A stretch of 64,000 nucleotides of DNA from PVC group bacterium (lineage in GTDB: Bacteria; Omnitrophota; Gorgyraeia; B26-G9), in contig JAAEQR010000072.1 of the NCBI GenBank assembly GCA_024231215.1, positions 385,210 to 449,209 of the forward strand. The letters run 5' to 3'. The position numbers and the translations under genes were made by a program. The notes beneath the pieces are model-generated. The model was not told the DNA's origin, made no database searches, and saw nothing but the letters and a program-made list of their open reading frames with translations. Positions 10,148 through 19,211 of this stretch are shown in pieces. Every line of letters begins with the position of its first letter. Within the stretch, counting starts at the first letter, position 1.

Positions 10148-11575
10148 ATGAAGATGCATAAGATAACTAAACTTATTCCACCAAAAAGAGTACATTTTAT
10201 TGGTATTGGTGGAGTGGGAATGAGCGCTTTGGCGCAGATCTTAGTGACGCAAGGTTATCATGTAAGTGGTTCTGACCTTAAGAGAACTAAAATTACCAGT
10301 CGATTAGAAGCATTGGGAGCAAAAATTTTTTATACTCATTGTGCCGAGAATGTTTCTGATGCAGAATTAATTGTTTATTCTTCGTGTATCTCCAATACTA
10401 ATCCGGAAATTATTCTTGCAAAAGAAAAAGGAATTTTTCTGGTTAGACGCGCGGAATTGCTTGCCTGGTTAATGGATACTAAAATTGGTATAGCGATTAG
10501 CGGGGCACATGGTAAGACAACAACTACGGCTTTTATCGCATATATACTTAAAAAAAGCGGTTTATGTCCAAGTTATGCGGTGGGTGCTGATGTTGAAGTT
10601 TTATCCGGGAATGCTGAGAATGGAAGTGGAAGATACTTTGTGGCTGAAGCAGATGAAAGTGACGGATCTTTTTTATGTATTTATCCGGAAATTGCGGTTA
10701 TTACTAATATTGATAAGGAACATCTTGATTATTATGAAAACCTAGACCATATTATCTCCAGTTATGGTCAATTTGCTCACAATGTAAGTCCTACCGGTTT
10801 AATCTGTTGTTACGGTGAAGATGAAAGAATACGCAAAGCATTAGAAGGATACACAGGAAGAATTATTACCTATGGGTTAAGTAATAAGTGCGATGTTTAT
10901 GCGCAGGATATCCTGTATCAGGAAATGGACACAGAGTTTGTTTGTTCTTATCAGGGTAAGGAGATTGGTGTATTTAAATTACAGATTCCCGGTGCACATA
11001 ATGTGTTAAATGCATTAGCTTCTATTGTGGTTGGTCTGGAAGTAGGATTGACCCCGGATTCTATCAGGCAGGCATTGGCTGAGTTTCACGGCGTAAACCG
11101 TAGGTTTCAAATCAGATACAGGATCGGAAAGATTACAATAATTGATGATTATGCGCATCATCCGACAGAGATAACGGCAACTTTAAAAGCAGCCCAAGGT
11201 ATGAATAAATCACGGATTATTGGTGTTTTTCAGCCGCATCGTTACAGCCGAACTAAGTTTTTGAAAGAAGAATTTGGAAGCTGTTTTTCTTTAGCTGATC
11301 AGGTGATCATCACAGATATTTATGCTGCATGTGAGACTCCGATCGATGGTGTTGCCGCAAAAACTATATATGAACAGGTGAGAAAAAACGGGCATGAAAA
11401 TGTACAGCTTATACCGAGAGATAAAATAAATAAGCATCTTGCAGCTATTGCTAAAGAAGGGGATATTTTGATGCTGCTGGGTGCTGGAGATATTAATGCA
11501 TTATCTGATGATTTAGCGCAAAAAATATCAGAAATAAATTCGGGGAAAAAAGATGAACACCATATACAATGCTGA
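10148..11575 (+). CDS. murC: UDP-N-acetylmuramate--L-alanine ligase MurC
   Basis: GIGGVGMSALAQIL N-terminus and Mur ligase P-loop GAHGKTTTTA. Confidence 0.9.
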   Translation: MKMHKITKLIPPKRVHFIGIGGVGMSALAQILVTQGYHVSGSDLKRTKITSRLEALGAKIFYTHCAENVSDAELIVYSSCISNTNPEIILAKEKGIFLVRRAELLAWLMDTKIGIAISGAHGKTTTTAFIAYILKKSGLCPSYAVGADVEVLSGNAENGSGRYFVAEADESDGSFLCIYPEIAVITNIDKEHLDYYENLDHIISSYGQFAHNVSPTGLICCYGEDERIRKALEGYTGRIITYGLSNKCDVYAQDILYQEMDTEFVCSYQGKEIGVFKLQIPGAHNVLNALASIVVGLEVGLTPDSIRQALAEFHGVNRRFQIRYRIGKITIIDDYAHHPTEITATLKAAQGMNKSRIIGVFQPHRYSRTKFLKEEFGSCFSLADQVIITDIYAACETPIDGVAAKTIYEQVRKNGHENVQLIPRDKINKHLAAIAKEGDILMLLGAGDINALSDDLAQKISEINSGKKDEHHIQC

Positions 11576-12509
11576 GTTAGATCAAAAAATAAAGCAGTTT
11601 TTCAAAGGAGCAGTTAAAGTTAGTGAACCTTTGGCTGCGTATACTTCTTTAAAAATAGGCGGTAGAGCAGAACTTTTTTTTAGTCCGGTTGATGTGGAGG
11701 ATATATCTGCATTATTGAAAATATTAGGTTCAACTGATTTGCGTATAGATGTTATCGGTGCCGGGACTAATTTGCTTATTGATGATGCTGATTTGCCGGC
11801 TGCAGTTATTAAATTAGACAATCCGTCATTTAAAAATATTTCCTTAGATGATGACCGTGTTTATGCCGGGGCTGGAGCTGCTTTGGGCTCTTTGATTGAA
11901 TTCTCGAAGCAAAATGGGCTTACCGGATGTGAATTTCTTGTTGGTATACCCGGAACGGTAGGCGGAGCTTTGGTTATGAACGCAGGAGTGCGGAATGTTT
12001 GGGATGTTGAGGATAAACCGTATTTAAGTATGAGCGATATTATTGAACAAGTTCAGGTTATGGATCAGGATGGGAACATACGGATATATTCTCATGACCA
12101 GCTAAAGTTTGAATATCGTTCTTCAAATCTAAAAGGATGTATTGTTTTAGGAGGATGGTTTTCACTTCGTTCGGAACAGCCAGGGGAAATTCAACAGACA
12201 ATAGATGCTTTTTGGAGGCTGAGGAAAAAAACGCAAGCGGTGACTATGCCCAATGCCGGATGTGTATTTAAAAATCCGGATGGTTCTCACTTCAGCGCAG
12301 GAGAGTTGATTGAAGATTGTAGTTTAAAAGGTATGGTTTTTGGTAATGTACAGGTTTCTCCGGTACATGCTAATTATATTGTAAATAAAGGTGGGGCAGG
12401 TTTTGGGGAGATGAAAGAACTAATCATGAAAGTACAGCAGGCAGTTTGGCAGAAATTCAAAATTGAACTTGAACCGGAAATAGAGATTTGGGAAGGTAGT
12501 TACAGGTAA
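11553..12509 (+). CDS. murB: UDP-N-acetylenolpyruvoylglucosamine reductase MurB
   Basis: FAD-binding PCMH-type N-terminal domain (LKIGG, GAGTNLL, GIPGTVGGA). Located between murC and ddl. Confidence 0.85.
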   Translation: MNTIYNAELDQKIKQFFKGAVKVSEPLAAYTSLKIGGRAELFFSPVDVEDISALLKILGSTDLRIDVIGAGTNLLIDDADLPAAVIKLDNPSFKNISLDDDRVYAGAGAALGSLIEFSKQNGLTGCEFLVGIPGTVGGALVMNAGVRNVWDVEDKPYLSMSDIIEQVQVMDQDGNIRIYSHDQLKFEYRSSNLKGCIVLGGWFSLRSEQPGEIQQTIDAFWRLRKKTQAVTMPNAGCVFKNPDGSHFSAGELIEDCSLKGMVFGNVQVSPVHANYIVNKGGAGFGEMKELIMKVQQAVWQKFKIELEPEIEIWEGSYR

Positions 12510-12516
12510 AGCAGTT

Positions 12517-13446
12517 ATGGAAGTTAAAAAAATCGGTGTTTTAATGGGCGGATTTTCCAGCGAGCGAGAGATTTCTTTAAAATCTGGTAAGGCTGTCTTA
12601 GGTGCTTTGCAAGAACTGGGATATTATACCACAATTTTAGATTTCGAGTCTGAATCTGATCTAATAGATAAAATTCAGAAAAGCGATATAGATTGTGTGT
12701 TTAATGCTTTGCACGGAGCTTTTGGCGAAGACGGACAAGTGCAAAAGATTTTGGAAGATCTGAATGTGCCGTATACTGGATCCGGACCCAGAGCAAGTGA
12801 GCTGGCAATGGATAAGGTAGCTTCCCGAAATATTTTTCTGGATAACAATATCCCTGTGCCTGAGGGAGGAATTATCGATAGTGAAAATAATATTGATAAT
12901 TTGTCGGTATCTTCTTTTCCAGTTGTGATCAAGCCTTCACGGGAAGGATCGAGTATTGGATTATCTATTGTAGAAGATAAATCAACCTTAGCTATAGCAA
13001 TAAAAAAAGCCTTGGAATTTGATCAGCAGGTAATGATTGAATGTTATATTGAAGGCAGAGAAATAGCAGTTGGTATTTTGGACGGTAACCCGCTGCCGGT
13101 TATAGAAATTGTTCCTAAAAATAGATATTATGATTTTGAAGCAAAATATACCGAAGGAATGACAGAGTATCTTGTTCCGGCAGTTTTGCCGGAAACTATA
13201 TATCTACATGCGCAAGCGTTAGCTTTAAAAGCGCATCAACTTTTAGGATGTCGCGGGTTTTCGCGTGTAGATATGATTGTGGATAAAAAAGGCACTCCGG
13301 TAGTTTTGGAAGTGAATACTATTCCTGGGCTTACTTCTACTAGTTTGCTGCCGAAGGCAGCGTTAGCTTGTGGAATTAGTTTTCCTGAGTTGTGTCGAAA
13401 AATGATTACCGGGGCAGTTTGTGTAGATACGGTAGATAGCAGATAA
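12517..13446 (+). CDS. ddl: D-alanine--D-alanine ligase Ddl
   Basis: ATP-grasp fold. The N-terminus (GGFSSEREISLKSG) and C-terminal motifs of Ddl are present. Confidence 0.9.
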   Translation: MEVKKIGVLMGGFSSEREISLKSGKAVLGALQELGYYTTILDFESESDLIDKIQKSDIDCVFNALHGAFGEDGQVQKILEDLNVPYTGSGPRASELAMDKVASRNIFLDNNIPVPEGGIIDSENNIDNLSVSSFPVVIKPSREGSSIGLSIVEDKSTLAIAIKKALEFDQQVMIECYIEGREIAVGILDGNPLPVIEIVPKNRYYDFEAKYTEGMTEYLVPAVLPETIYLHAQALALKAHQLLGCRGFSRVDMIVDKKGTPVVLEVNTIPGLTSTSLLPKAALACGISFPELCRKMITGAVCVDTVDSR

Positions 13447-13466
13447 TATACGAAAGGATTTGTGAT

Positions 13467-14312
13467 ATGGGGCGGTCAAGGAAAAAAAATAGAAGGAGTC
13501 GATCAAGAAAAGGAATACGTTTGTTTAATGTGAAGCAGGTTAAAATGGCTGTACAGCAGAATGGATCACGTATTTTGCTGGGGATTGCAGCGATTGCTGT
13601 ATCTGTGTATTTCATCATGAGCATGAATTCATTTCTTTTTGCTTCGGAATATTTTAAAGTGACGGAAATCGAAGTAATCGATAAATATCAGGATGAAATA
13701 GAATATCCGATAGCTAGAATAAAAGATAACCCTAATATTTTCAAAGTAAACCTGGACAAGATTTCTAAAAATCTGGAAAGGGAATATTCAAATATCCAAA
13801 AAGCAATTGTAAAAAGAATACTTCCGAATAAGCTAAAGATCGAGATTTTGCGGCGGAGTCCGGTTGCACAGATAGCATTATCCGCAGAAAATGGCAAGAA
13901 AAAGTTCTATTTTTTTAGTGTGAATGACGATTCCTATATTTTAGCTAATTTAGGAGTGCGTCCAAAAAGGAAGCTACCAATTATTTATGGGACAGAGTTA
14001 AATGTCAACGATATTGAAGTCGGGCGTTCTTATGAGGACTCAAATTTAGGACGTGCTGTTTCGCTTATTAATGAACTAAAAAGTACTGGATTTTTGAAAC
14101 GGTATAAAATTACCAAATTGGATGTAACCAATGTGAGGAGCATGTCATTTTTTATAAAAAACAGATTAGAGGTTAAGATCGGAGATCGTGACTGGCGCAG
14201 AAGAATAGCCAATCTTACAAGTATATTACAGAATATGGATATATCCGAACATGAATATATTGATCTGAGATTTAAAGAGATAGTTTTCGGAAAGAAGAAT
14301 GATGAAAAGTAA
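13467..14312 (+). CDS. ftsQ: Cell division protein FtsQ/DivIB (POTRA domain)
   Basis: Basic N-terminus and a single TM, then a POTRA-like segment. It is in the syntenic position between ddl and ftsA. Confidence 0.6.
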   Translation: MGRSRKKNRRSRSRKGIRLFNVKQVKMAVQQNGSRILLGIAAIAVSVYFIMSMNSFLFASEYFKVTEIEVIDKYQDEIEYPIARIKDNPNIFKVNLDKISKNLEREYSNIQKAIVKRILPNKLKIEILRRSPVAQIALSAENGKKKFYFFSVNDDSYILANLGVRPKRKLPIIYGTELNVNDIEVGRSYEDSNLGRAVSLINELKSTGFLKRYKITKLDVTNVRSMSFFIKNRLEVKIGDRDWRRRIANLTSILQNMDISEHEYIDLRFKEIVFGKKNDEK

Positions 14313-15585
14313 ATTGCCTTTAGTTAGTCTAGATATCGGTAGTGCCAAAACTACGATTTGCATCGGAAATTTTGATACTGCAGGCCGGGTGGAAATATAT
14401 AATGCGATAATGGTTAAAACACGAGGTATGCAGCGTGGTATTATTACAAACTTATCTGAGGTGGCAGAGGGAATTGAAGAGGCTGTAAAAAAGGCAGAGG
14501 CGAAATTCCAGGCTTCAGAGCGATGCCGTAAGATTTGGGGAAAAAGACAATTTCGCATAAATTCTGCATATGTTACGATTAGCGGAGAACATATTTTGGG
14601 TATTAATACAAAGACGAAACTTTCTTTGTCCGATCGACCGGTTGAGATTACAAACCAGGATTCATTGCGTGCGATAGAGATGGCAAAATCTTTGTCTGCG
14701 TCGATAGATAGAGAGATTTTGCATGCAGATGCCCAGGAGTTTATCATCGATGGTTATAAAAAAATAAAAGAACCGTTGGGGATTTACGGAACAAAACTGG
14801 GGGTTACCCTGCATCTTATAAGTTGTGGGTCGTCTTTTATTAATAGTTTGGTAAAGGCAGTTAATCAGGCCGGGCTTGATGTTGACGGAGTAGTGTATTC
14901 TGGATTAGCTACCAGCCAGGCAATACTTACAGAAGAAGAGAAGGAGGCTGGGGTAATTTTGTTGGAAATGGGGGCTGGGACAACGAATATCATGTTTTTT
15001 GTTGAAGGTCGTCTTTTTTATACAAGTACTATTCCTATGGGAGGCTATGATATAACCTTAGAAATTGCCAGGCAGATGAAAATTGATTTTTACCAGGCAG
15101 AACAATTAAAAATGCAGTATAAAAGTATATGCGTTTATCCGGATGGACAAACTGAGGGTTGTGATGATAAAATAATAATAAAAAAGAGTTCTTCTCAATA
15201 TGAGAGTATTAGTCGTCAAGAGTTGGCGGGGATTATTGATGCTAAAGTTAGAGAGCTGTTTTCAATGCTTAAGAAAGAAATTGAGTCCTCTGGTATTATA
15301 CCGAGAGTAGGATATGGTGTAGTTATTTGTGGAGGTGTTTCATTTATGGATGGGGTTATTGAAAAATTAGAAAGACAGTTAAATCTGCCGATTCATCTGG
15401 GCATTACACGTGGATTTGTTAGCAGTTTTTCCGGATTAGGTAACAGTTTTTATGCTACCGGTATCGGATTGATCATGCATGCGTTAGCGGAAAAAGGCAA
15501 GAAATACAAGAGCCGTAATTTGCAAAGGGGAGTTGTAGCCCAGTTAGTGTCTAAAGTTAAGAACATTTATGAAGAGTATTTTTAA
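14299..15585 (+). CDS. ftsA: Cell division protein FtsA (actin-like ATPase)
   Basis: N-terminal SLDIGSAKTTICIG phosphate-1 motif and actin-fold motifs (GAGTTNI, GGGV). It overlaps ftsQ. Confidence 0.85.
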   Translation: MMKSKLPLVSLDIGSAKTTICIGNFDTAGRVEIYNAIMVKTRGMQRGIITNLSEVAEGIEEAVKKAEAKFQASERCRKIWGKRQFRINSAYVTISGEHILGINTKTKLSLSDRPVEITNQDSLRAIEMAKSLSASIDREILHADAQEFIIDGYKKIKEPLGIYGTKLGVTLHLISCGSSFINSLVKAVNQAGLDVDGVVYSGLATSQAILTEEEKEAGVILLEMGAGTTNIMFFVEGRLFYTSTIPMGGYDITLEIARQMKIDFYQAEQLKMQYKSICVYPDGQTEGCDDKIIIKKSSSQYESISRQELAGIIDAKVRELFSMLKKEIESSGIIPRVGYGVVICGGVSFMDGVIEKLERQLNLPIHLGITRGFVSSFSGLGNSFYATGIGLIMHALAEKGKKYKSRNLQRGVVAQLVSKVKNIYEEYF

Positions 15586-15589
15586 AAAA

Positions 15590-15640
15590 CCCAGGCATAC
15601 CCACTGGGTACGTCGAGGCTTTTTGCAGCTGTTTTAAGCC
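15590..15640 (+). terminator. Weak hairpin (ACCCAG..CTGGGT) followed by T-runs downstream of ftsA; possible terminator
   Basis: The inverted repeat ACCCAG/CTGGGT at about 15591-15611 is followed by CTTTTTG and GTTTT. The U-tract is not immediately adjacent to the stem. Confidence 0.25.
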
Positions 15641-15673
15641 AAAAAGATTAGTGCTATTCGCTGTGGACTAATG

Positions 15674-15690
15674 CAAATTCTGGGTTTAAA
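15674..15690 (+). repeat. 17-nt motif CAAATTCTGGGTTTAAA, copy 1 (upstream of the REC-HD-GYP gene)
   Basis: An exact 17-nt direct repeat also occurs at 23349-23365. Both copies lie 18-22 nt upstream of a start codon. Confidence 0.6.
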
Positions 15691-15711
15691 CGGGAAAATA
15701 AGGGGAGTTAT

Positions 15712-16662
15712 ATGAAAGAAGAGGCTTGTATTCTAATTATCGATGATGAATCGAGTATGCTGAATGAATTTGAAAATGTTTTTACTAAAGAAGGCTATCA
15801 GGTAAGAAAAGCACAAACTTGGCCGGAGGCGTATGAGTATCTGAAGAACCAGAAGTTTAATGTCGTAATTACAGATGTTGATATGCCGGATGTGGATTAT
15901 CAGCAAGCGATTAAGGAGATTAAAAGTGCAGATAAAACCACATATGTAATCACTAGTGCCGGATACTCAGAAATTGACAAAGCTATGGAGTCTTTAAACC
16001 ATGGGGCGCAGAATTATATTAGTAAACCTTTTGATCCAATTGATATAATTGCTTCTATTCGCAGGGTTATTGAAAAACAAAAACTGCAGAGTGATAATGT
16101 TCAACTATTTGATACGATCAAAGCCCTGGCTTTAGCTTTGGATGCACGGGATCATTATACTCATGGGCATTCGCAGGAGGTAACTGATTATGCAGTTGCT
16201 ATTGCTGGCGATATGGATTTAGCTTTGGAGGATATTGAAAGAATTCGCGATGCCGGAATGTTGCATGATATCGGAAAGATTGGTATCCGGGATGAAGTAT
16301 TACTTAAGCCGGGCCGGCTTACAGAGGAAGAATATACACAGATAAAAAAACATCCGGAAATCGGTAGAAAAATCCTGGAACCGGTACGTTCTTTAGCGGA
16401 TAAGATTCCTTTAATTTATCATCACCATGAGCGTTTTGACGGGCATGGGTATCCTGAAGGATTAGCCGGGGACAATATTCCTTTGGGAGCAAGGATACTT
16501 TCAGTAGCAGATGCGTATCAGGCGATGACTTCAGATCGTCCTTATCGGAAAGCATTACCTCAAGAAGTTGCGATTAGTGAGTTAAATAAAGGTCGGGATA
16601 AACAATTTGATTCACGAATAGTGGATATATTTATAGATGTCTTGAAAAAAAATAAGGTCTAG
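15712..16662 (+). CDS. Response regulator with HD-GYP c-di-GMP phosphodiesterase domain (RpfG-like)
   Basis: REC domain (DDES acidic pocket, phospho-Asp in VITDVDMPD, conserved K in ISKPF). HD (HGHSQEV, LHDIGK) and GYP (HHERFDGHGYP) motifs are present. Confidence 0.85.
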   Translation: MKEEACILIIDDESSMLNEFENVFTKEGYQVRKAQTWPEAYEYLKNQKFNVVITDVDMPDVDYQQAIKEIKSADKTTYVITSAGYSEIDKAMESLNHGAQNYISKPFDPIDIIASIRRVIEKQKLQSDNVQLFDTIKALALALDARDHYTHGHSQEVTDYAVAIAGDMDLALEDIERIRDAGMLHDIGKIGIRDEVLLKPGRLTEEEYTQIKKHPEIGRKILEPVRSLADKIPLIYHHHERFDGHGYPEGLAGDNIPLGARILSVADAYQAMTSDRPYRKALPQEVAISELNKGRDKQFDSRIVDIFIDVLKKNKV

Positions 16663-16685
16663 CCGGGTAAAGGAGCAAGGATAAT

Positions 16686-17783
16686 ATGGAAATAGATTTA
16701 ATTGCGGTTTTAAAAGCAATGGTAACTAAAGGAGCGTCCGATGCGCATTTAAAAGTGGATAGGCCGCCGGTTTTTCGAATAAAAAAGGATTTGATTAGTT
16801 CTGATTTTCCTGTTTTATCAAATAAAGATATCGAAAAGATTGCTTATTTTATGATGCGGGAACGTCATCGTCGGGAGTTTGAAAGAAAAAATGAGATAGA
16901 TTTTTCATACCAATTACCGGATGTAGGCCGATTTCGCGTAAATGTATTTCGCCAGCGAGGTGATGTCGGTATTGTTATGCGTGTTGTAAAAAATAAAATC
17001 CCTTCGGTTCAGGAGTTATGTATTCCACCGATATTTCAGAATATAGCGATGTATGAACGTGGGATTATCATAGTTACCGGTGCTAGCTCTATGGGTAAAT
17101 CTACAACTCTTGCGGCGATGATCGATCACATTAATAGAAGCAAGAGATCTCATATTATTACCATTGAAGATCCGATTGAATATGTGCATGAAGATAAACA
17201 GTCTATTATCAATCAGCGGGAAGTAGGGTTGGATACTGAATCTTTTCACCAGGCGTTGCGTTATGTTATTCGGCAGGATCCGGATGTGATTTTGATTGGA
17301 GAAATGAGAGATGCAGAGACTTTTCAGACAGCGTTAGCTGCTTCGGAGACGGGTCATTTGGTTTTTAGTACTCTCCATGCGGCAGATACTTCTCAGGTTG
17401 TAGATAGAATCATGGATTTCTTTCCGGCTGAGCAACATGCTATGGTAAGAATGCAGTTGTCGTTTAACCTAAAAGCAGTTACTTGTCAACGACTTATGCC
17501 GCGAGCTGATGGAGAAGGAGTTATCCCGGCGGTTGAAATCATGCTGATCAATCCCACAATAATGAAGCTTTTGCGTGAGAATAAGACGGAAAAACTAGAA
17601 AGTACGATCAGGGCATTTTCAGAAGCAGGGATGATAACATTTAATCAGTCTCTGGTGAGTTTAGTTAAATCTGAATTGATTACTTTGGAATCTGCGATGG
17701 CAAACTCCAGTAACCCCGAAGCATTAAAAATGAATCTTAAAGGTATTTATCTGGATGAAGACCGCAGGATTTTAGGTGAGTAA
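16686..17783 (+). CDS. pilT: PilT/PilU-family type IV pilus retraction ATPase (twitching motility)
   Basis: 365 aa. Secretion-ATPase Walker A (GASSMGKSTT) and Walker B/His-box region (ITIEDPIEY, GEMRD). Size and architecture match PilT. Confidence 0.8.
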   Translation: MEIDLIAVLKAMVTKGASDAHLKVDRPPVFRIKKDLISSDFPVLSNKDIEKIAYFMMRERHRREFERKNEIDFSYQLPDVGRFRVNVFRQRGDVGIVMRVVKNKIPSVQELCIPPIFQNIAMYERGIIIVTGASSMGKSTTLAAMIDHINRSKRSHIITIEDPIEYVHEDKQSIINQREVGLDTESFHQALRYVIRQDPDVILIGEMRDAETFQTALAASETGHLVFSTLHAADTSQVVDRIMDFFPAEQHAMVRMQLSFNLKAVTCQRLMPRADGEGVIPAVEIMLINPTIMKLLRENKTEKLESTIRAFSEAGMITFNQSLVSLVKSELITLESAMANSSNPEALKMNLKGIYLDEDRRILGE

Positions 17784-19170
17784 TTATAGCTCTTTTCTCA
17801 TCAGCAAGGAAATAAATACAGTTCCACTCAAAAAGAATGCACGTTTTAAAATTGCTTTGATATATCCGAATACTTATCGGGTGGGAATGAGCAATTTAGG
17901 TTTTCATTCTGTATACTATCAATTAAATCAGCATGAAGATGCTTTGTGCGAGCGGTTTTTTTATGAACCTGCCAAACGGCAGCTATTATCTTTAGGTAAT
18001 AGTACCTCTTTAAAATCATTTGATATCATTGCATTTTCCATATCCTATGAGCTGGATTATTTAAGTTTTTTTAATATTCTTGAGAGTATTGAGTTATTGA
18101 CCCCAAACGGCCAGCGTCCGGTAATGCCGCTTATTATCGTGGGTGGGATTGTAACTTCTTTTAATGCTTTAGCGCTATCTAAATTTTCTGATGTAGTATT
18201 TACCGGAGAAGCAGAGGAATCATTGCAGGATTTCATGCAAATACTTGCGTCTTATTCGCAGATTGATTCACAAAAGAAAAAACAAAAACTATTAATTGAA
18301 CTAGCGGAAATTAAAGGAATTTTTGTTCCCGAGTATTCTAATCCGGATAGAACCGAAGTTAGCTTTGTTAAAGATGTGAATTTATATCCTACTTCGACCC
18401 GGATATTCACAGCGCGTACAGAATTCCCGAACACATTTTTAACTGAAGTTTCACGCGGTTGTCCCTGGCATTGTCGTTTTTGTGCAACCGGATCGGTTTA
18501 TAATAGGTTTAGGCCGAGAAAACTGGATGTTTTAACTTCGGAAATTGATTTTGGATTGCGTTATACATTGAAGGTGGGCTTGGTTGGAGCAGCAATATCG
18601 GATTATCCTGATATAGAGCAATTGGTTGAATGGTTGATGCGAAAAAATGCGCGGATATCGGTTTCCAGTTTGCGGATTGAAAGCGTAAATCCGGTTTTAC
18701 TACGTGCTTTAGCTGATACTGGACAGAGGACAGTTACTTTTGCTCCGGAGGCTGGTTCTGAAAGATTGCGTGGTTATTTGAATAAAAAAATTAGTAATGC
18801 GGAGATCCTGGAAAAGATTGAATTAGCAAAGAAATGCGGGATTAAAAAGGTTAAGCTTTATTTTATGATTGGATTGCCTACAGAAGAAGATAATGATGTG
18901 GAGGCAATTGTTGAACTGGCAAAACATGCGGTAGGGATATTACCGATTAAAGTTCATATCGGGATTTTTGTACCAAAACCGAAGACATCTTTTTCTCGAG
19001 AAAAGATTGCGGGTAAAAAAATACTTTTGTCCAAGATTCGTTATTTAAGACAACATTTAGCGGCTAAAAAAAGCATTGAATTTAACGCTAGAAAAGTAAA
19101 AGAGGCTGTGCAGGAAGCTTTGTTTTCAACTGCGGATGAACATTTTTTTAAGGAATTTTTGCGCCTTTAG
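17776..19170 (+). CDS. Radical SAM protein with N-terminal B12-binding-like domain (uncharacterised rSAM family)
   Basis: CX3CX2C motif GCPWHCRFC. The N-terminus (KIALIYPNTYRVGMSNLGFHSVYYQLN) is typical of a widespread uncharacterised B12-domain rSAM family. It overlaps pilT by 8 nt. Confidence 0.7.
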   Translation: MSNYSSFLISKEINTVPLKKNARFKIALIYPNTYRVGMSNLGFHSVYYQLNQHEDALCERFFYEPAKRQLLSLGNSTSLKSFDIIAFSISYELDYLSFFNILESIELLTPNGQRPVMPLIIVGGIVTSFNALALSKFSDVVFTGEAEESLQDFMQILASYSQIDSQKKKQKLLIELAEIKGIFVPEYSNPDRTEVSFVKDVNLYPTSTRIFTARTEFPNTFLTEVSRGCPWHCRFCATGSVYNRFRPRKLDVLTSEIDFGLRYTLKVGLVGAAISDYPDIEQLVEWLMRKNARISVSSLRIESVNPVLLRALADTGQRTVTFAPEAGSERLRGYLNKKISNAEILEKIELAKKCGIKKVKLYFMIGLPTEEDNDVEAIVELAKHAVGILPIKVHIGIFVPKPKTSFSREKIAGKKILLSKIRYLRQHLAAKKSIEFNARKVKEAVQEALFSTADEHFFKEFLRL

Positions 19171-19211
19171 CAAAATCGAGGTATAATTAATATAGAAATT
19201 AATAAATTAAA

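Noticed and set aside
14226-14747. 173-aa minus-strand ORF overlapping the ftsQ/ftsA junction
   Set aside because: It is antisense to two strongly supported genes. Its low-complexity composition and lack of motifs point to an ORF-finder artefact.
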